From positions 2,526,419-2,590,418 of the forward strand of contig OY969120.1 of the NCBI GenBank assembly GCA_963698095.1: DNA of 64,000 bases, read 5' to 3'. The number at the start of each line of letters is the position of its first letter. Within the stretch, counting starts at the first letter, position 1. The notes beneath the pieces were generated by a model. The model saw only the letters and a program-made list of their open reading frames with translations. It was not told the DNA's origin and made no database searches. This document shows, in pieces, positions 1-9,136 of this stretch. Position numbers and translations under genes: made by a program. This DNA is from an uncultured Actinomycetes bacterium (lineage in GTDB: Bacteria > Actinomycetota > Thermoleophilia > Solirubrobacterales > Solirubrobacteraceae).

Positions 1-80
1 CGAGCGACGCGTACGCGCTCGTTCCGGCGCACCTGCTGCTGTGGGCGCTGGGATGACGCCCGCGGTTGCGCGACGCGGCG

Positions 81-128
81 TTTCGCCCTCCGGTCACCGC
101 AAGCGGCGACCTGCCGGCGACGTCACAC
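81..128. repeat. REP-like palindromic repeat, copy 1 (48 bp)
   Basis: 40/48 identical (ungapped, counted by eye) to 35643-35690; internal hairpin GGTCACCGC-AA-GCGGCGACC; overlaps the stop codon of a minus-strand gene. Confidence 0.7.
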
Positions 129-1487
129 GATCGCCGGCGCGTCGGGCAGCCGCGCGAGCGCGGCGTCCATCTCCTCGACCGAGAACTCGGGGTCCTCGAG
201 CGTGCCGGCGAGGTAGGCGTCGTAGGCGGACAGGTCGAAGTGGCCGTGGCCGGAGAGGCCGAGCAGGATCACGCGCTTCTCGCCCGCCTCGCGCGCGGCG
301 AGCGCCTCGTCGATCGCCGCCCGCACGGCGTGCGCGGCCTCCGGCGCGGGGATGATCCCCTGCGTGCGGGCGAACTGGAGCGCCGCCGCGAACGCGTCGG
401 TCTGGCGGTAGGCGCGCGCCTCGACGATCCCGCTGTGCACGAGCGCGCAGACGAGCGGCGCGTCGCCGTGGTAGCGCAGCCCGCCGGCGTGCACCGGCGG
501 GGGCACGAAGTCGTGGCCGAGCGTGTACATCGGCAGCAGCGGCGTCAGCCCGCTCGTGTCGCCGAAGTCGTAGCGGTAGGCGCCGCGGGTCAGCGTGGGG
601 CAGGCGGCCGGCTCGGCCGCGAGGAAGCGCGTGCGCGAGCGGCCGCGCAGCACGAGCCGCACGAACGGGAACGCGAGCCCGGCGAAGTTCGAGCCGCCGC
701 CGACGCAGCCGACGACGACGTCGGGCGCCTCGCCCGCCATCTCCAGCTGCGTCATCGCCTCCTGCCCGATCACCGTCTGGTGCAGGCAGACGTGGTTGAG
801 CACCGAGCCGAGCGCGTAGTTCGCGTCGGGCGCGCCGGCCGCCACCTCGACCGCCTCGGAGATCGCGATCCCGAGCGAGCCGGTCGGGTGGGACGACTGC
901 CCGCGGCCGGCCTCTGTCAACTCGCTCGGCGAGCGGTGCACGCTCCCGCCCCACGTCTCGATCATCGAGCGGCGGTAGGGCTTCTGGTCATACGAGGAGC
1001 CGACCATGAACACCTCGCACTCGAGCCCGAAGAGGCTGCACGCGAACGCGAGCGCCGAGCCCCACTGGCCGGCGCCCGTCTCGGTCACGAGCTTGCGCAC
1101 GCCGGCGCGCGCGTTCTCGTACGCCTGCGCGACGGCGCTGTTGGGCTTGTGCGAACCGGCCGGCGAGACGCCCTCGTACTTGACGTAGATGTGGGCGGGC
1201 GTGTCGAGCGCCCGCTCCAGGCGCCGCGCGCGGAACAGCGGCGTCGGGCGCCACAGCTTGTACGCCTCGCGCACCTCCTCGGGGATCGCGACGAGCGGCT
1301 CGGCCGTGACCTCCTGCGCGATCACGCCGGGCGGGAAGATCGCCGCGAGGTCGTCCGGTCCCGCCGGCTGCAGCGTGCCCGGGTGCAGCGGCGGCAGCGG
1401 TGGCTCGGGCAGGTCGGGCGCGAGGTTGACCCAGTGCGTCGGCAGGTCGCTCTCGTCGAGCGGGAACGTCGTCGCCTCGTCCGCCAT
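123..1487 (-). CDS. trpB2: TrpB-like PLP-dependent enzyme (tryptophan synthase beta type 2)
   Basis: [17 protein letters not shown]-lysine motif, [26 protein letters not shown]; start set at MADEATT (1487). Confidence 0.9.
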   Translation of the reverse strand: MADEATTFPLDESDLPTHWVNLAPDLPEPPLPPLHPGTLQPAGPDDLAAIFPPGVIAQEVTAEPLVAIPEEVREAYKLWRPTPLFRARRLERALDTPAHIYVKYEGVSPAGSHKPNSAVAQAYENARAGVRKLVTETGAGQWGSALAFACSLFGLECEVFMVGSSYDQKPYRRSMIETWGGSVHRSPSELTEAGRGQSSHPTGSLGIAISEAVEVAAGAPDANYALGSVLNHVCLHQTVIGQEAMTQLEMAGEAPDVVVGCVGGGSNFAGLAFPFVRLVLRGRSRTRFLAAEPAACPTLTRGAYRYDFGDTSGLTPLLPMYTLGHDFVPPPVHAGGLRYHGDAPLVCALVHSGIVEARAYRQTDAFAAALQFARTQGIIPAPEAAHAVRAAIDEALAAREAGEKRVILLGLSGHGHFDLSAYDAYLAGTLEDPEFSVEEMDAALARLPDAPAIV

Positions 1488-1663
1488 CCCAACCTCCGCG
1501 TCGTCGCCGGTCGTCGGGCGATCGTAGCCGAGCGGCCGACCTGCGCCCAAGCCGGTTCGAAGGAGGGCTCACACCAAACTGAATCTGCGACTATCGGCGC
1601 ATGGGGAGGGGGACGGGGCGCAGAGCCGGCGAGGCCGCTTGGTCCGCGCGATCGCGAGCATCG

Positions 1664-4135
1664 ATGACCGAGGCGCAGCCGCGTCGAGTCCTGCGGCGGC
1701 TCGCTGCTCACCCGTCCATGCTCGCGGCGGCGACCTTCGCCGCGTTCGTCCTCCTCTATCTGTGGCCGGTGCTCGTGGGAGGCAAGATCCTCTCGCCGCT
1801 GACGATCCTCTACGGCTTCTTTCCGTGGCGGCATTACGTTCCGGGCGACGCTCACAGCTTCTTCAATCCCCTGCTGTTCGACGTGCCCACCGCGGACTAT
1901 CCGTGGCGGTGGCTGGTGCGGGAGCTGTTGCGCGAAGGCACGTTCCCGGCCTGGAATTCACACGTCTTCGCCGGGACGCCGTTGTATGCGAATCCGCAGA
2001 CCGGGCTGTTCTCGGTCTTCAGCCTGCCGTTGTGGCTGCTGCCGTTGAACAACGGGATCGGCGTCGCGGCGGCGCTGAAGCTGTGGGCCGGTGGGTTCGG
2101 AACGTACCTGCTGGTGCGCGAGCTGCGCCTGACGACGCTCCCCGGAGTGCTGGCCGGGGTGGCGTTCAGCTTCAGCGCGTTCAACATCGTGTGGCTCACG
2201 CACGAAACGCTGCCTGCCGTCGCCGTGATGCTGCCGTGGGTCATCTGGCTGGTGGAGCGGATCTTCCGTGGGGGGCGTCTGGGATGCGTCGTCGGCCTGG
2301 CTGTGGTGACGGCCGTCGGCCTCGGCGGCGGACACCCCGGGGTGCAGGTGCATCTGCTCGCGGCTGCAGGAGCGTACGTCGTCCTGCGCGCCGCCTTCGT
2401 CGCGGACGCCGGGTGGCGCGAGCGCGCTCGCGCGGCCGCTTTGGGAGGGGCAGGGCTTGCGCTCGGGATCCTGCTGATGTCGTTCATGCTCGTGCCCGAG
2501 GCGATGTCGAGCACGGGCACCATCGGGACGATCGCCCGCGCTCACGGAGGCGTCCTTCCCGGCGCGCAGATGCCGTTCGCGGCGATTCGGACGACGGTCT
2601 TCCCCGACTGGTGGGGGCGCCCGAGCGCGTTCGAGGTGAACCCGTTCGTCGTCAACGTCGCGAACTACAACGAGCGCACCTTCTATGCCGGCGCAGTAGC
2701 TCTCCTGCTGGCGTTGACCGCGCTGCTGTCACGCGACGGCTGGCGCGCCAAGGCCCCCTTCGTCGTGCTCGGCGTGGTCGGCCTCGCGGTGCCGTTGCAT
2801 GCCCCGGGGCTCTACGGGCTGGTGACCCACTTGCCCGTCTTCGACGAGATCCAGAACCAGCGCCTGGACTTCGTCTTCGCGTTCGCGGTCGCCGTTCTGG
2901 CGGCGTTCGGGCTTCAAGCGCTGCTGGACCGGCCGGGCGCTCGCGTGCGGCTGGTCGTCCCGGCCGCCGCGCTCGTGCTCGCGGCGGTGGCGTCTGCCCA
3001 CGCCGGCGCCGTTCCGGGCGACCTCGGTCGCCTGGTGGACCATTTCCTGACCGGCGCCGACTATCGGACCCCGAGCATCGCCGCGCTGACCAGCGTCGCG
3101 TGGTTCGCGTTGTTCGCGCTCGGCGTCGGGGCGGCGCTGGCTGTCGCGTGGCGCTGGCCGCGCCATCGCCGGGCGATGGCGGCGGTCCTCGTGCTGCTGG
3201 CGATGGCCGACGCTTACCACTTCGCCCACGGCTACCAGCCGATGGCACCGGCTTCGAAGGTCGTGCCGCCGGAGACGCCGCTGGTCTCCTATCTCAGGCG
3301 GCATGTCGGCCAGAGCCGCCTGGTGGGGATGGGCGGCACGCTGGTCAACGACTGGTCGCTGACGTACGGCTTCGACGACGTGCGCGGCTACGACCCGCCC
3401 CAGCCGACCTTGCGCTTCTACCACGTGTGGCAGCTCGCGAACGCCTCGCAAGACCTGTGGCACCCGTTCTGGGTCGAATCGATGAGCCAGGAAGCGCTGA
3501 AGGTCGTGAGCCTGCTCGGCGCGGGCTACGTCGTCGCTCCACCCGAAGTCACGGAGCTTCCCGACGAAGACGTCGCCATGCGCCCGCTGCGCCGCGTGTA
3601 CCTCGGGGACGACGGGACGGTCTTCCGCAATCCGAACGCCGCGCCCCGCGCGATGCTGCCCGCGGTCGTCGCGACGGCTGACGAGCAGGGGACCCTGAGC
3701 GAACTGGTGACGCCCGGCTTCGACCCGCGGCACACGGTCGTCGTCGAACGGGACCAGCCGGGCGCCGTGACGCTCCCGACCGGTAGACCGCCGCGTGGCG
3801 GCGTCGCGATCACCGGCGAAGGCGACGCATGGGTGGCCCTCCGCGCCACGCTCGACCGCCCCGGCCTCGTGGTTCTGAACGACAACTGGGCAGCGGGATG
3901 GACCGTTCGCGTCGATGGCCGGCGAGCGGCGCCGTTGCGCGTCGACGACATCATGCGCGGCGTCGTCGTCGGCTCGGGGCGCCATCGGATCGTGTGGAGC
4001 TATGAGGTCCCCGGCCTGCGGATCGGCGTGGCGATGAGTGCGCTGGCGCTGGCGCTTGCGCTGGCCGCCTTGGGCGCGCGCGCGTGGACCTCGCGCTCGC
4101 GCGGTCGCGCCGCCGGCGGCTCGGCGGCCCGCTGA
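1664..4135 (+). CDS. YfhO-family multi-pass membrane protein (putative GT-C glycosyltransferase)
   Basis: Many TM helices; WNSHVFAGTPLYANPQ and GGGHP motifs; C-terminal LVVLNDNWAAGWTVRVDG...MRGVVVGSGRHRIVWSY typical of YfhO. Confidence 0.75.
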   Translation: MTEAQPRRVLRRLAAHPSMLAAATFAAFVLLYLWPVLVGGKILSPLTILYGFFPWRHYVPGDAHSFFNPLLFDVPTADYPWRWLVRELLREGTFPAWNSHVFAGTPLYANPQTGLFSVFSLPLWLLPLNNGIGVAAALKLWAGGFGTYLLVRELRLTTLPGVLAGVAFSFSAFNIVWLTHETLPAVAVMLPWVIWLVERIFRGGRLGCVVGLAVVTAVGLGGGHPGVQVHLLAAAGAYVVLRAAFVADAGWRERARAAALGGAGLALGILLMSFMLVPEAMSSTGTIGTIARAHGGVLPGAQMPFAAIRTTVFPDWWGRPSAFEVNPFVVNVANYNERTFYAGAVALLLALTALLSRDGWRAKAPFVVLGVVGLAVPLHAPGLYGLVTHLPVFDEIQNQRLDFVFAFAVAVLAAFGLQALLDRPGARVRLVVPAAALVLAAVASAHAGAVPGDLGRLVDHFLTGADYRTPSIAALTSVAWFALFALGVGAALAVAWRWPRHRRAMAAVLVLLAMADAYHFAHGYQPMAPASKVVPPETPLVSYLRRHVGQSRLVGMGGTLVNDWSLTYGFDDVRGYDPPQPTLRFYHVWQLANASQDLWHPFWVESMSQEALKVVSLLGAGYVVAPPEVTELPDEDVAMRPLRRVYLGDDGTVFRNPNAAPRAMLPAVVATADEQGTLSELVTPGFDPRHTVVVERDQPGAVTLPTGRPPRGGVAITGEGDAWVALRATLDRPGLVVLNDNWAAGWTVRVDGRRAAPLRVDDIMRGVVVGSGRHRIVWSYEVPGLRIGVAMSALALALALAALGARAWTSRSRGRAAGGSAAR

Positions 4136-4219
4136 GTCCGATCGCCGACGCCGCCGGCATGCCCCGCGGAGGCGCCGGGTATGCGTGACAGGTGGCATCC
4201 CCTCAACGAGGAGGACGAC

Positions 4220-4891
4220 ATGGGAGCCACGCACCTTTCCGGAAACGCCGTCGGCAAGCGCGGAGACCTGGCCCCGCCGCGAGCGCGCGAGGCGGCGACC
4301 GCCGCTCGCCCGGCCTTCGCGATCGCCGACCCGGGGCCGCTGGGCCTCGCCGGCTTCGCGCTCACGACGTTCGTCCTGAGCATGTTCAACGCCGGGCTGG
4401 TCAGCAGAGCCGGCGAGCCGGTCGTACTCGGTTTGGCGGTCGCCTACGGCGGGCTGGCGCAGCTGCTGGCCGGCATGTGGGAGTTCCGCACCGGCAACAC
4501 GTTCGGCGCCGTCGCGTTCAGCTCGTTCGGCGCGTTCTGGATCTCGTTCTTCGTCTACGTCGCGTTCTTCGCGAGGGCGGTTCCGGCCGCCGACGCGGGC
4601 CACGCGGTCGGGCTCTACCTGATCGGCTGGGGCATCTTCACGGCGTACATGTTCGTCGCCTCGCTGCGCACCACGGCGGCGATTGCGACGGTGTTCCTGC
4701 TGCTGGCGGCGACGTTCGTCGTGCTCGGCATCGGCAATGCGAACGGCGACGACTCGCTCGTGAGAATCGGCGGCTGGCTCGGCCTCGCGACCGCGGCGGT
4801 CGCCTGGTACGCGTCGTTCGCGGCGGTCGTGAACGCCACCTTCGGACGGGCCCTGATGCCCGTCGTGCCGTTGAGACCAGCCGAGGAGTAG
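4220..4891 (+). CDS. satP: Acetate uptake transporter (SatP/GPR1/FUN34/YaaH family)
   Basis: ADPGPLGLAGFALTT signature, GNTFGAVAFSSFGAFW; RBS GAGGAG before ATG 4220; directly upstream of acs. Confidence 0.85.
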   Translation: MGATHLSGNAVGKRGDLAPPRAREAATAARPAFAIADPGPLGLAGFALTTFVLSMFNAGLVSRAGEPVVLGLAVAYGGLAQLLAGMWEFRTGNTFGAVAFSSFGAFWISFFVYVAFFARAVPAADAGHAVGLYLIGWGIFTAYMFVASLRTTAAIATVFLLLAATFVVLGIGNANGDDSLVRIGGWLGLATAAVAWYASFAAVVNATFGRALMPVVPLRPAEE

Positions 4892-4951
4892 AACATGGGC
4901 GCGGGGCCGCCGACCCGCGCCCCGATCCCCATTTCACGAAAGAGGACCGAG

Positions 4952-6948
4952 ATGTCAGACGGTGTAGCCACCGAGGGCGGCGCGTCGCTCGAGCACGAGC
5001 TGGAGGAGATGCTCGAGATCGAGCGGTTCGCTCCGCCGGAGTCGTTTCGTGCGAACGCGCTGCTGAGCGATCCCGCGGTGTACGAGCGGGCGGCGGCCGA
5101 CCCGCAGGCGTGGTGGGCGAAGCAGGCCGGGGCGCTCGACTGGTCCCAGCCGTGGGACACGGTGCTCGACGACGCCAACCCGCCGTTCTACAAGTGGTTC
5201 GTCGGCGGGAAGCTGAACGCCTCCTACAACTGCTTGGACCGCCACGTCGAGGCGGGCCGCGGCGAGCGCGTCGCCTACCACTGGCGCGGCGAGGAGGGCG
5301 AGGAGCGCGACATCACCTACGCGGAGCTGCACCGCGACGTGCAGCGCTTCGCGAACGCGCTGAAGGACCTCGGCATCAGAGCGGGCGACGTCGTCGGGAT
5401 CTACCTGCCGATGATCCCCGAGGTGGTCGTGGCGATGCTCGCGTGCGCGCGCATCGGCGCGCCGCACAACGTCGTCTTCGGCGGCTTCTCGGCCGAGTCG
5501 GTGCGCGAGCGGATGGAGTTCAGCGAGGCGAAGGCGCTGATCACGGTCGACGGCGCGCGGCGCAAGGGCAAGACGGCGCCGATCAAGGCTGCCGTGGACG
5601 AGCACATGCACGACCTGCCGTCGCTGGAGACGATCGTCGTCGTGCGCCACACGGGCATCGACGTCGAGATGCGCGACGGGCGCGACGTCTTCTACGACGA
5701 GGTCTGCGCGGCGGCCGATCCGGTCTGCCCGGCCGAGCCGCTCGACGCCGAGCACCCGCTGTTCATCCTCTACACGTCGGGGTCGACGGCGAAGCCGAAG
5801 GGGATCCTGCACACGACCGGCGGGTACCTGACGGGCGTCGCCGCGACGCACAGATATGTGTTCGACCTCAAGCCCGAGTCGGACGTGTACTGGTGCGCGG
5901 CCGACGTCGGCTGGATCACCGGCCACTCCTACATCGTCTACGGGCCGCTGCTCAACGGCGCGACGTCGGTGATGTGGGAGGGCGCGCCCGACTACCCGCA
6001 CCAGGGCATCTGGTGGGAGCTCGTCGAGCGCTACAAGGCGACGATCCTGTACGCGGCGCCGACTGCGATCCGCACGTTCATCAAGTGGGGCGCACGACAT
6101 CCCGGAGAGATACGACCTCTCGTCGCTGCGCCTGCTGGGCAGCGTCGGCGAGCCGATCAACCCGAAGGCGTGGCTCTGGTACCACAAGGTGATCGGCGGC
6201 GGAGCGCTGCCCGATCGTCGACACGTGGTGGCAGACCGAGACCGGCGCGATCATGATCACGCCGCTGCCGGGGATCACCGAGACGAAGCCGGGCTCGGCG
6301 ACGACGCCGTTCCCGGGCGTGTTCGCAGAGGTCGTCGGCGAGCACGACGGACAGCCGGTCGAGAACGGGCAGGGGCTGCTGATCCTCACCCGGCCGTGGC
6401 CGTCGATGCTGCGCGGCCTCTACAAGGAGGACGAGCGCTACGTCGAGACGTACTTCTCGCGCTTCGGCAAGGAGACGTACCTCGTCGGCGACGCCGCCCG
6501 CCGGGACAAGGACGGCTACATCTGGGTGATCGGCCGCATCGACGACGTCGTCAACGTCTCCGGCCACCGGCTCTCGACGGCCGAGGTGGAGTCGGCGATC
6601 GTCGCGCACGAGCTGGTCGCCGAGGCGGCCGTGATCGGCCAGTCCGACGACGACACCGGCCAGGCGATCTGCGCGTTCGTGACGCTCACGGGCGACATCG
6701 AGGGCACCGACGAGGTCGAGGCCGGCATCCGCGAGGTCGTCGCCGAGCGGATCGGCAAGTTCGCCCGCCCCAAGCGCATCATCTGGGCCGACGACCTGCC
6801 CAAGACCCGCTCGGGCAAGATCATGCGCCGCCTCCTGCGCGACATCGCCGAGGGCCGCGCCCTCGGCGACGTCACCACCCTGCGCGACCCCGGCGTGATG
6901 GGCCAGCTGCAGGACAAGATCGCCGAGGCGCAGGCGGGGGAGCAGTAG
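4952..6948 (+). CDS. acs: Acetyl-CoA synthetase, split by two apparent 1-bp insertions (~6100 and ~6200)
   Basis: [37 protein letters not shown]; the missing segment [18 protein letters not shown]...DTWWQTETG is readable in shifted frames. Confidence 0.9.
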
Positions 6949-6958
6949 CGAGCTGCGA

Positions 6959-6989
6959 GACGGACGGCGCCTGCGCGGCGCCGTCCGTC
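6959..6989. terminator. 13-bp stem hairpin between convergent genes
   Basis: GACGGACGGCGCC-tgcgc-GGCGCCGTCCGTC just after the acs stop. Confidence 0.6.
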
Positions 6990-6996
6990 CGGTCGC

Positions 6997-7371
6997 TCAG
7001 CGTCCGTGCAGTCGCCGGTGCGCCACTCGGTAGACCGAAGACGCATGGGAGCCCCGCGGCGGGTGGCGCACGCCGAACGCGAGCAGTGCGAGCTTGGTGC
7101 TATGCGCGTCGCGCGCGATGCGGAAGACCATCCCGAACGGTCCGACCGGTGGCGGGAGGTACACCTTCACGCAGGCGGGAAGTTGCGTTCCGTCTGGTCC
7201 CTCGTCCTCACACCGGCGCAGCGACGCCACGGGGCAGCCTCGCCGCTCGTAGTCGCGCCGAGTGGCCGCGGCTATCCTGCGACCGCCAGCGCTGGTGCGC
7301 GCAAGATCCTGCGACCAGAGGTGGTCGTCGAAGACGACCGGCGCGTGGCCCGGTCGTCGCGGTCGGACCAT
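6997..7371 (-). CDS. Hypothetical 124-aa basic protein, putative RelE/ParE-like toxin
   Basis: ORF track; 3 bp downstream of a small acidic ORF; C-terminal beta-rich region ending [11 protein letters not shown]. Confidence 0.5.
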   Translation of the reverse strand: MVRPRRPGHAPVVFDDHLWSQDLARTSAGGRRIAAATRRDYERRGCPVASLRRCEDEGPDGTQLPACVKVYLPPPVGPFGMVFRIARDAHSTKLALLAFGVRHPPRGSHASSVYRVAHRRLHGR

Positions 7372-7374
7372 CGA

Positions 7375-7587
7375 CTACCCCTCCCCGTCGGTGGGTTGGA
7401 CGGGGCCATGCTCGGCTTCGAATTCCTCGATCCCGGCCGGCTCCAGGCCATGCCGTTCGAGCATCGCGTCGACCGAGTCCTCGGGCTTGAGGACGAGCGT
7501 CCCGTCCGGGTGCTCATCGGCGATCACGTAGCGGCCGACGCGGTCGCCTGCCAGCCTGACGTGCAGCTCATCCGCCACGATGCTCAT
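7375..7587 (-). CDS. Hypothetical 70-aa acidic protein, putative AbrB/MazE-like antitoxin
   Basis: [35 protein letters not shown] followed by an acidic tail; 3' part of the 7375..8106 ORF. Confidence 0.5.
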   Translation of the reverse strand: MSIVADELHVRLAGDRVGRYVIADEHPDGTLVLKPEDSVDAMLERHGLEPAGIEEFEAEHGPVQPTDGEG

Positions 7588-7659
7588 GATGGCAGGGTCG
7601 CGCAAGCCGATCCCGCCGTCTACAGCCGATGCATGTGCATCTGACCCGGGAGGTTCGCG

Positions 7660-7818
7660 ATGACGTTCGTCTGGTTCGTGATCTGGTTCGTCTCGAACAA
7701 CGTCGGCGGTCACGAGCCGCTGCTGTTCGACCCCGTCAACGCCTGGACCGGGACGCTGATCCTCGCGTTCGCGCTCGACTTCAACCGCGTGGGGATCCCC
7801 GGGCGGCGGAAGGGCTGA
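7660..7818 (+). CDS. 52-aa small hydrophobic (membrane) protein, below the ORF-track cut-off
   Basis: GGGAGG RBS at 7648-7653, ATG 7660, TGA 7816-7818; MTFVWFVIWFVSNNVGGHEPLLFDPVNAWTGTLILAFALDFNRVGIPGRRKG; G/C-ending codons. Confidence 0.6.
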   Translation: MTFVWFVIWFVSNNVGGHEPLLFDPVNAWTGTLILAFALDFNRVGIPGRRKG

Positions 7819-7822
7819 TGCG

Positions 7823-9136
7823 TCAGGAGAAGTGGTAGGTGAGCGGCCTGCTCGCGGCCACCAGCACCTTGCTCGCGAGGAAGCGAAGCAGCTCGATGTC
7901 TGCGTCCAGTTGCTCCGCCTCCGGCGAGTTCGGCAGCAGCAGCTCGACCGCTCCGCCCGTCTGCGCATCCTTGGTGTGCACGATCTTGCAGCGCAGGTCG
8001 TACACGCGGTCGGCGACCTGGTCGCGGACGTCGCTGCTGTGTCGCGTCGAGACGGAGCATGGGGTGAGCGGCGATCTCGCGTTGGCAAAGAAGGCTCTCG
8101 TGTCATCGTCCCCGTCGAAGTAGGCCGCGAGCTCCGCTTCGTCGACGCATTGGCGCAGTGTCAGCCGCAGTTGGCTGCGCTCGTCCCGCGTACCGGAGGA
8201 GTTAACGTGCCGGCGTGCGACCTCGAGCAGTCGTCCGATCTGCCGGCCGTCGTGCGCGTCGAAGGCCGGATCCTTCACGACATTTTCGAGCTGGCTCCGG
8301 GCCTCGCTCTGCGCGAACCGCGGCATGTAGAACTCGATCACCTGGTAGTAGGCGAGGAAGCGCAGGAGCGGCATGCCCACCGCTGAGCGGGCATAGCGGT
8401 ACAGCGCGGTCGGCTCGGGGTCGTAGCGGTTGCGGGGGAGGCGCAGCGGGCCTCGACGGTCCGCGAGGTCGCGCCGCGGTGGGCCCGGCCGGAAGTCGCG
8501 CGTGAGCGCAAGCTCGTACTGAAGTGCGCGGGTGCGCTCCAGGTCGAAGAAGAGCGCGTCGGCGATCGTCTCGAGCGAGGTCAGCGCTGCGCTGTGACGC
8601 TCTACGCCGAGGCCGCGGATCTTGAGCGACAGCATCCGGAATCTGCGGTCACCGGAGAGCGGGCGGCGCCGCGGCGTGAGCGCGTGGAGCGTGTCGCTCA
8701 GCGCCGACAGCTCTACCTCGATCCCCGGTGCGAGTGTCTCGTCGGCCAAGAGGATCCGCAAGCGGCCGTCGGCGTCTGTCGCGTCTGGAAATACGCGTGT
8801 CAGATATCCTGACCCCATCGTCGGGTGCGTTGGGCGAACGATCGCCTCGATCCACTTCTCCTCATAAGAGACGATTGCGTCGTAGCGGCCGACGAAGCGG
8901 AGGTGCTCGAACGGGACCGCGAGCAGGACACGCGCATCCTGCTCTCTCAGGGGTACCGCCTGGTGCCCACGTCCGCCGCGCGGGAAGTACACGATCTTGC
9001 GGAAGCCGCCCTCGTGGACTCTGAGCTTGGCGGCTTCGCAGCGTTCGATCAGCTCGGCCAGCCACGGCTCCTGCACGCGGTCCTCGTCCGCACCGTCCCC
9101 ATGGTCCTCCTCCAGGTCCTCGTCAAAGGCCCCCAC
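7823..9136 (-). CDS. 437-aa protein with C-terminal HEPN-like RNase domain (RxxxxH)
   Basis: LRFLAYYQVIEFY helix and DRVYDLRCKIVH motif; start overlaps the thyX stop. Confidence 0.65.
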   Translation of the reverse strand: MGAFDEDLEEDHGDGADEDRVQEPWLAELIERCEAAKLRVHEGGFRKIVYFPRGGRGHQAVPLREQDARVLLAVPFEHLRFVGRYDAIVSYEEKWIEAIVRPTHPTMGSGYLTRVFPDATDADGRLRILLADETLAPGIEVELSALSDTLHALTPRRRPLSGDRRFRMLSLKIRGLGVERHSAALTSLETIADALFFDLERTRALQYELALTRDFRPGPPRRDLADRRGPLRLPRNRYDPEPTALYRYARSAVGMPLLRFLAYYQVIEFYMPRFAQSEARSQLENVVKDPAFDAHDGRQIGRLLEVARRHVNSSGTRDERSQLRLTLRQCVDEAELAAYFDGDDDTRAFFANARSPLTPCSVSTRHSSDVRDQVADRVYDLRCKIVHTKDAQTGGAVELLLPNSPEAEQLDADIELLRFLASKVLVAASRPLTYHFS

